DNA from: an uncultured bacterium
Lineage (GTDB): Bacteria; Auribacterota; Erginobacteria; Erginobacterales; Erginobacteraceae
Assembly (NCBI GenBank): GCA_963822585.1
Contig: CAWGIE010000010.1
Location: forward strand, 32,001-96,000
Length of the DNA stretch: 64,000 nt
Direction of reading: 5' to 3'
Part shown: positions 1 to 10,360 of the stretch, in pieces
How the letters are laid out: the number at the start of each line of letters is the position of its first letter
How positions within the stretch are numbered: position 1 is the stretch's first letter
Notes under the pieces: model-generated
The model's database searches: none
Told to the model about the DNA's origin: nothing
The model's input: only the letters and a program-made list of their open reading frames with translations
Position numbers and translations under genes: made by a program

Positions 1-1
1 G

Positions 2-1624
2 ATCCTGATCATCACGCTGCTGGGCGGCCTGGGGATGTTCATCTTCGGGATGAACCTGATGGGCGACTCTCTTCAGAAATGGGCCGGGGGGAAGATGCGT
101 TCCATCCTCAGCTTCTTCACCCGCAACCGGGTGGTGGCCCTGCTCTCCGGGATCGTCATCACCTTTGTTCTCCAGAGCAGCAGCGCCTGCACCGTTCTCC
201 TGGTCGGTTTCGTCAATTCCGGCCTGATGACGCTGGCCCAGACGATCGGGGTCATCCTGGGGGCCGATATCGGGACCACCCTGACCGTCCAACTGATCGC
301 CTTTGACGTCGGCCAGTTCGCCCTGGCCTTCGTCTTCGTCGGCTTTGTCTGCATCTTCTTCACCAAGAACCCGGGAATTAACTACCTGGGAAGGATTCTG
401 ATCGGTTTCGGGCTCCTCTTCTACGGGCTGAAGGTGATGGGCAACTCGATGAAGCCCCTCTCCCACTATCCTCCCTTCATCGAGATCCTGAAGAACTCGA
501 CTTCCAACCCCTTTACCGGGCTCCTGGTCTCGACGATCCTGACCGCCGTTATCCAGAGTTCGGCGGCCACCATCGCCATCGCCCTCGGTCTGGCTATGCA
601 GACCGGTCCGGACGGAAAGCCGATCCTCAGCCTGGTGGCCGCGATCCCGATCATATACGGGGCCAATATCGGGACCACGATCACCGCCGCCCTGGCCGCG
701 ATCGGGACCACCCGGGACGCCAAGCGGGTGGCGATCGCCCATACCACGTTCAAGATCGCCGGGGTGATCATCTTCATGTTCCTGATCGGCCCTCTCTCCG
801 ACGTGGTCCTGAAGGTCGGGGGTACCATCAACCGGCAGATCGCCAACGCCCACACCATATTCAACGTGGTGATGGCGATGCTCTTCCTCCCCTTCACCCG
901 GTACTTCGGGATGCTGATCATGAAGATCCTGCCGGAAGAGCCGGAGAAAGAGGGGGCTTTCAAGCCCAAGTACCTGGTCTCCGATCTCACCCGGACGCCC
1001 GGGATCGCCCTCGAACAGACCAAGAAAGAGATCTCCCGGATGGCCGATATCGCCGTCAAGATGAGCGACGACATCATCGAGTCCTTCAAGCGGAAGGATT
1101 CGGCGTTCGTGGATGACCTGATCGCCGAGAACCACAAGATCGAGATCCTGGAGGACGCCATCCGGCCCTACCTGGCCGAGATCGGCGGCCAGGAACTGCC
1201 CGAGAACCAGGCCCAGACCGCGATCATGCTCCTCAATATCTCGAATGAGTACCGGCAGATGGGCAACACCATCGCCCATGATATCTACCCCCTGACCGAG
1301 ACCTTTATCGAGGACAACCTCTTCTTCTCTCCGGAAGGATGGGCCCAGCTGCAGGAGTTCCAGGCCAAGGTGGCCGAGGACGTGCGGGACGCCACCCGGG
1401 CCTTCGAGAAGAACGACACCAAGCTGGCGGAGGAAGTGACCCAGAGAAAACCCGCTCTGGTCCGGCTGGAGAAGGACCTGACCAAGCAGCATTTCGAACG
1501 CCTGAAGAAGGGGTTGTCGGAGTCGGTCGAGACCAGCACCCTGCACATGGGTCTGATGGGGGGGTTGCGCCGGGTCAATTCCTACGCGACCAACATCGCC
1601 TATGCCGTTTTGGGACAAGTGTAA
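2..1624 (+). CDS. Na/Pi cotransporter family protein with C-terminal PhoU-like domain (5' end probably outside window)
   Basis: Frame open from base 2 (ILIITLLGGLGMF); two QSSSA/QSSAA and GADIGTT/GANIGTT repeat motifs; helical soluble C-terminus. Confidence 0.9.
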   Translation: MLIITLLGGLGMFIFGMNLMGDSLQKWAGGKMRSILSFFTRNRVVALLSGIVITFVLQSSSACTVLLVGFVNSGLMTLAQTIGVILGADIGTTLTVQLIAFDVGQFALAFVFVGFVCIFFTKNPGINYLGRILIGFGLLFYGLKVMGNSMKPLSHYPPFIEILKNSTSNPFTGLLVSTILTAVIQSSAATIAIALGLAMQTGPDGKPILSLVAAIPIIYGANIGTTITAALAAIGTTRDAKRVAIAHTTFKIAGVIIFMFLIGPLSDVVLKVGGTINRQIANAHTIFNVVMAMLFLPFTRYFGMLIMKILPEEPEKEGAFKPKYLVSDLTRTPGIALEQTKKEISRMADIAVKMSDDIIESFKRKDSAFVDDLIAENHKIEILEDAIRPYLAEIGGQELPENQAQTAIMLLNISNEYRQMGNTIAHDIYPLTETFIEDNLFFSPEGWAQLQEFQAKVAEDVRDATRAFEKNDTKLAEEVTQRKPALVRLEKDLTKQHFERLKKGLSESVETSTLHMGLMGGLRRVNSYATNIAYAVLGQV

Positions 1625-1636
1625 AGACTAAAACCG

Positions 1637-1720
1637 GGGTGATGGAGTGGTGGAGTATTGGAGTGATGGATAACCGCCGGGTACCGGCAACACTCCATTA
1701 CTCCAGCACTCCATCACTCC
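1637..1720. repeat. Paired 8-mer microsatellite arms (GGAGTGAT-like ... ATCACTCC-like) forming an inverted repeat
   Basis: gatggagtggtggagtattggagtgatgg followed by cactccattactccagcactccatcactcc. Confidence 0.8.
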
Positions 1721-1796
1721 CTGTCGGGAGTCCTCTGGTTCTTTGCGTTACCCTGTGTCTCCCGGCATTAAATGCAGGGAGTGATACTCTCCCCCC

Positions 1797-3077
1797 ATGT
1801 CTTCCTTCTTTCATCAGCTCCCCATCCTCTCCACGATCGGGTTGGTCCTGATCTTCGGCTTCATCGGGAGCCGGCTGGCCCGCCTGATCGGGCTGCCCTC
1901 GGTCACCGGGTATATCTTCGCCGGCGTCGTCGTGGGAAAATCCCTGCTGGGATGGATTTCGGACGAGCCGCAGAGCACCACCGCCCTGATCCTGGACACC
2001 ATCTCGATCGCCGCCCTGGGGATCATCGCTTTCAGCATCGGGGCGGAACTGCGCTTTGCCAAGCTCCGGCGCCTGGGAAAAAGCGTTCTCCCGATCGCGA
2101 TGGCGGAGGCCTTGGGCGGGACGGTGGCGGTGGCGGGGACGATCCTCATCGCCGGCTGGGTCTTCCCCTCTTTTCTCATCCCCGGCGCCGGGTTCCGGTC
2201 TCTGCTCCCCCTGGCCTTGATGCTGGGGGCCATGGCATCGGCCACCGCCCCGGCCGCCATTCTGGCCGTTATCAACGAATACCGCGCCCGGGGACCGCTG
2301 ACGGACGCCCTCCTGGCCACGGTGGCGATCGATGACGTCTTCTGCATCATGATCTTCGGGCTCCTCTTCCCGGTCGCCGTCGCCCTGACCGGGGCCGGGG
2401 CCGCCCCCACCTTCTCCGGCGTTGTCCTGGTGCCGCTCCGCGAGATCGTATTTTCGCTCCTCCTGGGACTGCTGGCGGGACTGATCATGACCGCGGTCCT
2501 GCGCTTCGTCCGGGGCAAAAGCTCCCACCTGGTCCTGATTCTGGCTTTCGTCCTCCTCCTCTGCGGTCTCTCCATGCGCTTTCATCTCTCTCCCCTCCTC
2601 ACCAACATGGCTTTCGGATGTCTGATCATCAATCTTTCCCCCCGGAGCGGATCGGTTTTAAGCGCGATCGAGAACATAGAGCCGCCCCTTTTCGTCGCCT
2701 TTTTCACCATCGCCGGCATCCATCTCGACCTCCGGCTCCTGGCCGGGATCGGCGGACTGGGGCTGATCTTTTTCCTGGCCCGGGCGGCGGGGAAGATGGG
2801 GGGAGCCGGGTTGGGGGCCCGGGTCATGGGCGCCCCCCCGGTGGTTCAACGCTATCTGGGGCTGGGGCTGCTCCCCCAGGCCGGCGTCGCGATCGGTCTG
2901 GTTATCCTGGTCCAGGAGAACCCCCGCCTGGAGCAGGTTCTCCTGGGGGATCAGCCCCTTCCCGATATCATCACCAACTGCATCCTGGCCACGGTGGCTA
3001 TCAATGCACTGCTCGGTCCGGTGGTCGCCCGGTTCGCGCTCCGCCGGGCCGGGGAAATCGGAGGGAAAATCGGATGA
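1797..3077 (+). CDS. Cation:proton antiporter (CPA/Kef-type membrane domain)
   Basis: Many hydrophobic helices; IAFSIGAEL, ATAPAA, AIDD and LLPQAGVAIG motifs. Confidence 0.88.
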   Translation: MSSFFHQLPILSTIGLVLIFGFIGSRLARLIGLPSVTGYIFAGVVVGKSLLGWISDEPQSTTALILDTISIAALGIIAFSIGAELRFAKLRRLGKSVLPIAMAEALGGTVAVAGTILIAGWVFPSFLIPGAGFRSLLPLALMLGAMASATAPAAILAVINEYRARGPLTDALLATVAIDDVFCIMIFGLLFPVAVALTGAGAAPTFSGVVLVPLREIVFSLLLGLLAGLIMTAVLRFVRGKSSHLVLILAFVLLLCGLSMRFHLSPLLTNMAFGCLIINLSPRSGSVLSAIENIEPPLFVAFFTIAGIHLDLRLLAGIGGLGLIFFLARAAGKMGGAGLGARVMGAPPVVQRYLGLGLLPQAGVAIGLVILVQENPRLEQVLLGDQPLPDIITNCILATVAINALLGPVVARFALRRAGEIGGKIG

Positions 3078-3541
3078 AGAACGGATTAAACGTGCGGGCG
3101 GGAGAGATCATGTCCACCCCCCCGATCTCGGTCCGGTATAACACCAGCCTTCACGATGCCGAAACCCTGCTCAAGGAAAAGAAGATAACCGGGATGCCGG
3201 TGGTTGACGACCGGGAGGAGATCGTGGGGATCATTTCCGAAAAGCACCTTCTATCCATCTATGACATCCGGTCCGGCGAACAGGATCCGGGCGACCTCAG
3301 CTTCCGGCTCCCCTACGAGTACCGGACCTGGGTGGAGGAAGTGATGACCCGTAAGGTCGTCTCGGTGACCGAGGACGCCTCGCTGGAAAAGGTCTGCCGG
3401 CTGATGGTCGAGAATCACATTCACCGGGTTCCGGTTCTCCGGGGGAAGAAGGTAGTGGGGGTCATCTCCTCCCTTTCCCTGGTCGGCTTCCTCCTCCGCC
3501 TGCTGGGTGAGAAAAATTCCGGAGAGGAAAAAAGTATTTGA
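3074..3541 (+). CDS. CBS domain-containing protein
   Basis: ATG overlaps antiporter stop (ATGA); tandem CBS motifs ITGMPVVD...VGIIS and IHRVPVL...VGVIS. Confidence 0.88.
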   Translation: MKNGLNVRAGEIMSTPPISVRYNTSLHDAETLLKEKKITGMPVVDDREEIVGIISEKHLLSIYDIRSGEQDPGDLSFRLPYEYRTWVEEVMTRKVVSVTEDASLEKVCRLMVENHIHRVPVLRGKKVVGVISSLSLVGFLLRLLGEKNSGEEKSI

Positions 3542-3739
3542 CTTCCCCGGACCCGGTTGATAGCATGGCCCCATCGTTGGATGTTCGCTAATCTTTTCCC
3601 CCATTACTGCATTGTTTTCCCATTATCGGCTTCAGATTCTTCTAACCCGAATGCCCTACACGGCGTGTGACGTGTAAAATCACCTGTATTCTTCGGTAGG
3701 TTACCCCCTTTCGCCGGTTGCTTTCCCCCGGTATCCAAG

Positions 3740-6379
3740 ATGGAACGACTGCTGTTAATCGATGGTATGTCGAATGCGTATCGGGCTTTTTACGCCATCC
3801 GCGGCCTGACCACTTCCCGGGGGCGCCCCACCAACGCGGTCTTCGGGTTCATAAAAATCCTGCTCAAGATACTTGCCGAATATAAGCCGGACTACGTGGC
3901 CATCGCCGGAGACGCCAAGGGGCCGACCCACCGGCATCAGGAGTTTAAGGAGTATAAGGCCCAGCGCAAGCCGATACCTTCCGACCTGGCCGCCCAGCTC
4001 CCCCTGATCAAGAGAGCGGCCCGGGGCTACGGCATCCCCTGGCTGGAAATTTCCGGTTACGAAGCCGACGACATCCTGGCGATGCTGGCCGCCCGGGCGC
4101 GGGAGCGGAAACTCAAAACATATATCCTCACCGGCGACAAGGACATGCTCCAGTTGGTGGATGATTCGGTGACCGTGATCAGTCCGCATCAGGACGGAAA
4201 ACTCTACGATCCCGGCGCCGTCAGGGAACGCTACGGCGTCGATCCTTCGGGGATCGGCGATATCCTGGCCCTGATGGGGGACAGCATCGACAACATCCCC
4301 GGGGTGCCGGGGGTGGGGGAGAAGACGGCCGTCAATCTGTTGAAGGAGTATCACACCCTGGAGGGGGTTCTCGCCCACGCCGGAGAGGTGAAGCATAAGA
4401 CGGTCCGGGAAAGCCTCCTCGCCCACGCGGAGCAGGCCCGGTTTTCCCGCCACCTGGTGGAATTAAAGACGGATGTCCCGCTGGAGTGCGACTGGGAAGA
4501 TCTGCGACGGAAAAACCCGGACCGCGAGCAGTTGCGGGCATTGTTCGAGGAGCTGGAGTTCCGCCAGCTTCTGGAAGAACTGCTCCCCGAAAAAGGACCC
4601 GCCGTGACCATCCGCCGGGTGGCCGACGCGGCTTCCTGCCGCCAGCTGGCTGAAGAACTGGCCGGCGCCGGTGAATTCTCCCTCCGTCCGGAGGCCGACA
4701 GCTCCGATTTCATGACCGGGAAGCTCCGGGGATTGGCCGTTGCCTGGCGCGAGGGGGAAGCGGCCTACATCCAGCTGGGAAACGGACCGGAGAGGCAAGA
4801 GATGCTGAATATCCTCCGTCCTCTCCTGGAAGGAAGTCGGACCGGGAAGATAACCCACGATCTGAAATTTCTTATTCATATTCTGATGAACGAGGGGCTG
4901 GAAATAGGAGGGGAGATCTGGGACTCGCTGCTCGCCTCCTACCTCCTGCACCCTTCCCGGCCGACCCACGGTCTGGCCGACCTTTCCTGGACATTCCTGG
5001 GGCGCCCGATCGCCCCCCCGGGGAAGAACACTGACCTGCCCGGGGGAGAGGAGGGGGTCCGTAATCTCTGCGAAGAGGCGGCCGCCGCCCGGGAGTTAAA
5101 GCCCGTTCTCGGCAAGGAGATGGAGGAAAAACGCCTGCTGGAACTGATGAGGGATATGGAGCTGCCCCTGATCCGGGTTCTGGTCGCGATGGAGCGGAAC
5201 GGAATCCGGGTGGATCGGGAACAGTTCTCCCGTTTGTCCGTTTCCATCGAGGATGAGCTGATCTCGCTGACCGGTCGGATGTATGAACTGGCCGGGGAGG
5301 AGTTCAACCTCAACTCCCCCAAGCAGCTGCGGGTCATCCTCTTCGAAAAACTGGGTCTTCCCCCCCAGAAGAAGACCAAGACCGGATATTCGACCGACGT
5401 GGGGGTCCTCCAGAAACTGGCCGTTTTGCATGAGCTCCCCGATCTCCTGCTTCAGTATCGACGCCTTTTCAAGCTGAAGTCAACCTATCTCGATACCCTG
5501 CCGGGATTGATCAACCGGGATACGGGCCGGATCCACACCACCTTTCACCAGGCGGTGACCGCCACCGGCCGCCTCAGCTCCAGCAATCCCAACCTGCAGA
5601 ATATTCCCATCCGGGGCGAGCTGGGGAAAAAAGTCAGGCGGGCATTCATCCCCGGTCCGGACGGCTGGCGATTCCTGGCCGCCGATTACTCCCAGATCGA
5701 TCTGCGGGTCCTGGCTCATCTCTCGCGGGATCCGCTTCTGATCGAGGCCTTCCGGAAGGACGAGGATATCCACTCCTTCACCGCCTCCCAGATCTTCAAC
5801 CTCCCGATCGAGGCGGTGACGCCGGAAATGAGGCGGCGGGCGAAGACGGTCAACTTCGGGATCATCTACGGGATGGGGGCCTTCGCCCTGGCCCAGGACC
5901 TGGGGATTTCCTATGGGGAAGCCGAAGCCTTTATCCGGGAATATTTCGAGAAATACACCGGGGTCGCCGCGTTTATCGAGGAGACCGTCAAAGAAGCCAA
6001 AGAGCGGGGATACGTGACCACGATCTTCAACCGCCGCCGGTATCTTCCCGAGCTCCACAGCGACCAGGAAAGCCAGCGCCGGTTCGGGGAGCGGACCGCG
6101 GTCAATACCCCCATTCAGGGCTCGTCTTCGGATATCATCAAGCTGGGCATGATCAAGATCGCTTCCCGGCTGGGGGAGCGGGACCGGAAGGGGCGACTCC
6201 TCCTGCAGATCCATGACGATCTTCTCTTCGAGTGTCCCCCGGAGGAGCTGGAGCCGCTGGGGAAGATGGTGCGTGAGGAAATGGAAGGAGTGGTGGAGCT
6301 CTCCGTCCCTTTGAAAGTAGATATCAAGATCGGGGCGAACTGGGGGGAGATGGCGGAGGCCGGTGAAAAGATAAAGTAA
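3740..6379 (+). CDS. polA: DNA polymerase I
   Basis: 5'-3' exonuclease N-terminus (LLLIDG, EADD, GDSIDNIPGVPGVGEKTA); polymerase motifs TGRLSSSNPNLQNIP, ADYSQIDLR, AKTVNFGIIYG. Confidence 0.98.
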   Translation: MERLLLIDGMSNAYRAFYAIRGLTTSRGRPTNAVFGFIKILLKILAEYKPDYVAIAGDAKGPTHRHQEFKEYKAQRKPIPSDLAAQLPLIKRAARGYGIPWLEISGYEADDILAMLAARARERKLKTYILTGDKDMLQLVDDSVTVISPHQDGKLYDPGAVRERYGVDPSGIGDILALMGDSIDNIPGVPGVGEKTAVNLLKEYHTLEGVLAHAGEVKHKTVRESLLAHAEQARFSRHLVELKTDVPLECDWEDLRRKNPDREQLRALFEELEFRQLLEELLPEKGPAVTIRRVADAASCRQLAEELAGAGEFSLRPEADSSDFMTGKLRGLAVAWREGEAAYIQLGNGPERQEMLNILRPLLEGSRTGKITHDLKFLIHILMNEGLEIGGEIWDSLLASYLLHPSRPTHGLADLSWTFLGRPIAPPGKNTDLPGGEEGVRNLCEEAAAARELKPVLGKEMEEKRLLELMRDMELPLIRVLVAMERNGIRVDREQFSRLSVSIEDELISLTGRMYELAGEEFNLNSPKQLRVILFEKLGLPPQKKTKTGYSTDVGVLQKLAVLHELPDLLLQYRRLFKLKSTYLDTLPGLINRDTGRIHTTFHQAVTATGRLSSSNPNLQNIPIRGELGKKVRRAFIPGPDGWRFLAADYSQIDLRVLAHLSRDPLLIEAFRKDEDIHSFTASQIFNLPIEAVTPEMRRRAKTVNFGIIYGMGAFALAQDLGISYGEAEAFIREYFEKYTGVAAFIEETVKEAKERGYVTTIFNRRRYLPELHSDQESQRRFGERTAVNTPIQGSSSDIIKLGMIKIASRLGERDRKGRLLLQIHDDLLFECPPEELEPLGKMVREEMEGVVELSVPLKVDIKIGANWGEMAEAGEKIK

Positions 6380-6452
6380 TCAGTGATCGGTAATCAGTGA
6401 TCAGTGGCTTGACCGGCCGCGAGGTACTGATTACTGATCACCGATTACTGAC
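6377..6452. repeat. Paired 7-mer microsatellite arms (TAATCAG/TGATCAG ... CTGATTA/CTGATCA)
   Basis: taatcagtgatcggtaatcagtgatcagt ... tactgattactgatcaccgattactga. Confidence 0.75.
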
Positions 6453-6497
6453 CGGCGTGTATTTTAAAATCAGTATTCTCAGTCTTGACAGTGAACC

Positions 6498-7097
6498 GTG
6501 GCTGAAAAGTATCTACAAATCGGTCTCACCGGCGGCTTCGGGACCGGGAAATCGACGGTGGCCGGCCTTTTCCGGGAACGGGGCGCTGCCATCGTGGATG
6601 CCGATGACCTGGCCCGGGAGAGTCTGCGCCAGGGGACGGAGGAGTACCGGCGGACGATCGCCTTTTTCGGTGATGAGATTGTCGTCCGCCACGGAGAGAT
6701 CGATCGCGGGGCCCTGGCCGCCCGCGTATTCGGCAACCCGGCCCTGCTGGCGGAATTGAACCGGATTATTCACCCCGGGGTTATCAGGGAGATCCGGGCG
6801 CGGCTGGCGGCAGCGCCGGAACCGGTCAGGATAGCGGTCATCCCGCTGCTCTATGAGGCGGGGCTGGCCGAAGACTTCGATTACGTGATCGTGGTTACGG
6901 CGGACCGGGAAACCGTCCTCCGGAGGGTCGGGGGGAGGAGGAAGATGAGTGAGGAAGATATCGATCGCCGCCGGGCGGCCCAGCTCCCCCTGGAGGAGAA
7001 AGCGCGCCGGGCGGATTTTATCATAGATAACAGCGGTTCATTTGAAGAGACCCGGAAACAGGTGAAACTAATCTGGGAGACGTTGACCGGGCACTGA
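6498..7097 (+). CDS. coaE: Dephospho-CoA kinase
   Basis: IGLTGGFGTGKST, DAD, IDRGAL, HP, ADFIIDNSG; follows polA. Confidence 0.96.
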   Translation: MAEKYLQIGLTGGFGTGKSTVAGLFRERGAAIVDADDLARESLRQGTEEYRRTIAFFGDEIVVRHGEIDRGALAARVFGNPALLAELNRIIHPGVIREIRARLAAAPEPVRIAVIPLLYEAGLAEDFDYVIVVTADRETVLRRVGGRRKMSEEDIDRRRAAQLPLEEKARRADFIIDNSGSFEETRKQVKLIWETLTGH

Positions 7098-7396
7098 CAT
7101 GAATTTGGACTGAAGGTGCTGTTTATTGCTTAAGAACTTCAATAAATTATCAAAACGGCTATCGTTGAACGGTTGCGCAGCTCGAAACGTTGCACGGTGT
7201 ACGGTTACGTGCGGCCCGGCCCCGCAACCGTTCCACGCAACCGATTCGAGCCGCACAACCGCAACCTTTTAACCCGAACGTTGTCCGAGCGCAGCGAGGG
7301 CTACGTTTTAATAAATAACAATCTTTTTTACTGGCTTTTTATCCGCCCCGGAAGTCCGGGGAGGGTGAGACAATCAATTCGCCAAGGAGGAACAAG

Positions 7397-8761
7397 ATGT
7401 CCGTGAGTGAGAAAAAAAACGACGAGCAGACTTTCGAAGAGATGCAGGAGCAGGATGCGATCGAGATCAAGAAGGAGAAAGAAAAGGCCATCGCCGCCGG
7501 GAAGGAGCCCCTTGACCTGGGAACTCTCCAGGGGATGACCGTCTCCGACCTGCTGAAGATGGCGCATGACCTGGGCATCCCGTCCGCCCGGTCCATGAAG
7601 AAGCCGGGGCTTATCTTCGAGATCCTGAAAGCGCGCGCCGAGCAGAACGGAGCCATGTTCGGAGAAGGGGTGCTGGAGATCCTCCCCGACGGTTTCGGAT
7701 TTCTCCGCTCGCCGAATTACAATTATCTGGCCTGTACCGAGGATATCTATATCTCGCCCTCGCAGATCCGGAAGTTCGACCTCCGCAACGGCGACACGGT
7801 CTCGGGCCAGATCCGGCCCCCGAAATCGCGGGAGCGGTTTTTCGCTCTTCTCCGGGTGGAGGCCATCAATTACCTGCCCCCCGGGGTTTCCAAGCAGAAA
7901 ACCCACTTCGATAACCTGACCCCGCTCTACCCGGAAGCCCGCTTTATCCTGGAGTCGGATAACCAGGACATATCCATGCGGGTGATGGACCTGCTGACCC
8001 CGGTCGGGAAGGGACAGCGCGGCCTGATCGTCGCCGCCCCGCGGACCGGCAAGACCATGCTCCTGAAAGGCATGGCCAACGCCATCACCGCCAACAACAA
8101 GGAAGTGAAGCTGATCGTCCTCCTGATCGACGAGCGGCCGGAGGAAGTGACCGATTTCCAGAGGAGCGTCCATAATGCCGAGGTGATCTCCTCCACCTTC
8201 GACGAGACCCCCGACCGCCACGTGCGGGTGGCGGAGATCGTGATCGAGAAAGCGAAGCGCCTGGTGGAACACGGGATGGACGTGGTGATCCTTCTCGACA
8301 GCATCACCCGGCTGGCCCGGGCCTACAACACGCTGCAGCCGCACAGCGGGAAGGTGCTTTCCGGGGGGATCGAGTCCAGCGCCCTGACCAAGCCGAAAAA
8401 ATTCTTCGGCGCCGCCCGGAACATCGAGGAAGGCGGAAGCCTGACCATCCTGGCCACGGCCCTGATCGAGACCGGGAGCAAGATGGACGGGGTCATCTTC
8501 GAGGAATTCAAGGGCACCGGGAACATGGAACTGAACCTCGACCGCAAGCTGACGGAGAAGAGGATATTCCCCTCGATCAACATCGAGAAATCGGGGACCC
8601 GGAAGGAAGAACTGCTTATTCACCCCGACGAACTCAACCGGATCTGGCTCCTGCGGAAGGCCCTGAGCGCGATGCAGCCGGTGGAGGCGATGGAGCTCCT
8701 GATCGCCAAGCTCAAGAAAAGCAAGACCAACGCCGAGTTTTTAATGTCGCTGAAAGCTTAA
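7397..8761 (+). CDS. rho: Transcription termination factor Rho
   Basis: [63 protein letters not shown]. Confidence 0.99.
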   Translation: MSVSEKKNDEQTFEEMQEQDAIEIKKEKEKAIAAGKEPLDLGTLQGMTVSDLLKMAHDLGIPSARSMKKPGLIFEILKARAEQNGAMFGEGVLEILPDGFGFLRSPNYNYLACTEDIYISPSQIRKFDLRNGDTVSGQIRPPKSRERFFALLRVEAINYLPPGVSKQKTHFDNLTPLYPEARFILESDNQDISMRVMDLLTPVGKGQRGLIVAAPRTGKTMLLKGMANAITANNKEVKLIVLLIDERPEEVTDFQRSVHNAEVISSTFDETPDRHVRVAEIVIEKAKRLVEHGMDVVILLDSITRLARAYNTLQPHSGKVLSGGIESSALTKPKKFFGAARNIEEGGSLTILATALIETGSKMDGVIFEEFKGTGNMELNLDRKLTEKRIFPSINIEKSGTRKEELLIHPDELNRIWLLRKALSAMQPVEAMELLIAKLKKSKTNAEFLMSLKA

Positions 8762-8784
8762 AAGCTTTCAGCGACATTAAAAAC
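8737..8784. terminator. Perfect 23-bp inverted repeat spanning the rho stop codon (putative terminator hairpin)
   Basis: gtttttaatgtcgctgaaagctt-aa-aagctttcagcgacattaaaaac. Confidence 0.6.
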
Positions 8785-8951
8785 GTGATCGTCTATGGTC
8801 AAGGTCGATTCGTTTTGCATAAAAATAGGTTGAAATTGATTGATTTTATAGTAAGTTAACGTGGAAACATTTGAATACAGGAATAAATTGTGTAAATAAC
8901 AATGTTTTTGAAAGAATGTAATTAACTATTTTTTTCGGAGAAAAAAATACA

Positions 8952-9152
8952 GTGAAGGAAAAAATACACCCTGAATACACCGAGACCACCATCAGCTGTG
9001 CCTGTGGCGCGGTCATCCGGACCCGCTCGACCAAGCAGAATATAAGGGTCGGGGTCTGTTCCCAGTGCCACCCGTTCTTTACCGGCAAGCAGAAGTACCT
9101 GGATACGGAAGGTCGGGTGGAACGCTTCAAACGGAAGTACGGGCTGAAGTAG
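8952..9152 (+). CDS. rpmE: 50S ribosomal protein L31 (zinc-binding type)
   Basis: [30 protein letters not shown]. Confidence 0.97.
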   Translation: MKEKIHPEYTETTISCACGAVIRTRSTKQNIRVGVCSQCHPFFTGKQKYLDTEGRVERFKRKYGLK

Positions 9153-9229
9153 TCTCCCACCCATTCCGGAGAACGGGCGGTTGATTATTTCATTGCCTCC
9201 CTCGTTATAAACCATCCCCGTTTCCACGC

Positions 9230-10360
9230 ATGTCCCCGATAGTCGATAACACTTCCCCTGACGACCGGGAGTTTTTGCTCCGGTTCGGTCCCCGCCTGGA
9301 ATCCTCCCGCGAGGAAATGAAGGAGATCGGGCGGCAGATGGCGGAGCCGGAGATCGGTCAGAACCCGCCGCGGATCCGCCGCCTCGGCCGGGAGTATTCC
9401 CGGCTGGGCAAGTTGGTCTCTCTCCATGATCGCTATCTGGCCGTTCTCCGCCAGATCGAAGAGAGCCGGCAGATCCTGCAGGGAGAAGAAGAGGATCCTG
9501 AACTGAGGGAGATGGCCCGGACGGAGATGGAGAAACTCGAAGAGGAGAAAGCGTCTGTCCGCGACCGGCTGGAGATTCTGATCCTGCCGCCGGATGCATG
9601 CGACGAGAGGAACATCATCGTGGAGATCCGGTCGGGTACCGGCGGGGAAGAAGCCGCCCTCTTTGTCATAGATCTCTTCCGGATGTACGGCCGGTACGCG
9701 GAAAAGCACGGGTTGCGGATAGAAAACCTGGACACCCATCCGGCGGCGCAGGGGGGGTTGAAAGAGGTGATCTTCGGCGTGATCGGAGAGGGGGCATATC
9801 GGGCCTTCAAGCACGAGAGCGGTGTTCACCGGGTTCAGCGGGTGCCGGAGACCGAGGCCCAGGGGAGGATTCACACCTCCGCCGCCACCGTGGCGGTGCT
9901 CCCGGAAGCGGAGGACGTGGAGGTGAAGATCGACCCCGGCGATCTCCGGATCGATCGTTTCTGCTCGTCGGGCCCCGGCGGCCAGAGCGTTAACACCACC
10001 TATTCGGCGGTCCGGATCACGCATATCCCCACCGGCATCGTGGTCAGCTGCCAGGATGAGAAGTCCCAGCACAAGAACAAGGCCAGCGCCCTCAAGGTCC
10101 TTCGCGCCCGGCTTTATCAGAAGATGCTGGACGAACAGAACGCCGAACTTTCCCGGCAGCGGAACGCCCAGATCAAAAGCGGCGACCGGTCCGATAAGAT
10201 TCGCACCTATAATTATCCCCAGAACCGGGTCACCGACCACCGGATTAACCTTTCCCTCCACCGGCTGGAGGCGGTCATGAACGGCGACCTCGATGAGCTG
10301 GCGGAGAAACTGCTGGAATGGGAGCGCCGGCAGCGATTGGACGCGCAGAATACGGCATGA
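9230..10360 (+). CDS. prfA: Peptide chain release factor 1
   Basis: GGEEAALF, ESGVHRVQRVPETE, GPGGQSVN, IRTYNYPQNRVTDHR. Confidence 0.97.
   Translation: MSPIVDNTSPDDREFLLRFGPRLESSREEMKEIGRQMAEPEIGQNPPRIRRLGREYSRLGKLVSLHDRYLAVLRQIEESRQILQGEEEDPELREMARTEMEKLEEEKASVRDRLEILILPPDACDERNIIVEIRSGTGGEEAALFVIDLFRMYGRYAEKHGLRIENLDTHPAAQGGLKEVIFGVIGEGAYRAFKHESGVHRVQRVPETEAQGRIHTSAATVAVLPEAEDVEVKIDPGDLRIDRFCSSGPGGQSVNTTYSAVRITHIPTGIVVSCQDEKSQHKNKASALKVLRARLYQKMLDEQNAELSRQRNAQIKSGDRSDKIRTYNYPQNRVTDHRINLSLHRLEAVMNGDLDELAEKLLEWERRQRLDAQNTA

Noticed and set aside
3666..3684. CRP-like site TGTGA...TCAC upstream of polA
   Set aside because: The spacer is 9 nt rather than 6
7328..8623. Long antisense ORFs (also 9185-10261, 17535-18890, 43034-44509, 45898-47049)
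   Set aside because: Shadow frames of well-supported genes in high-GC DNA
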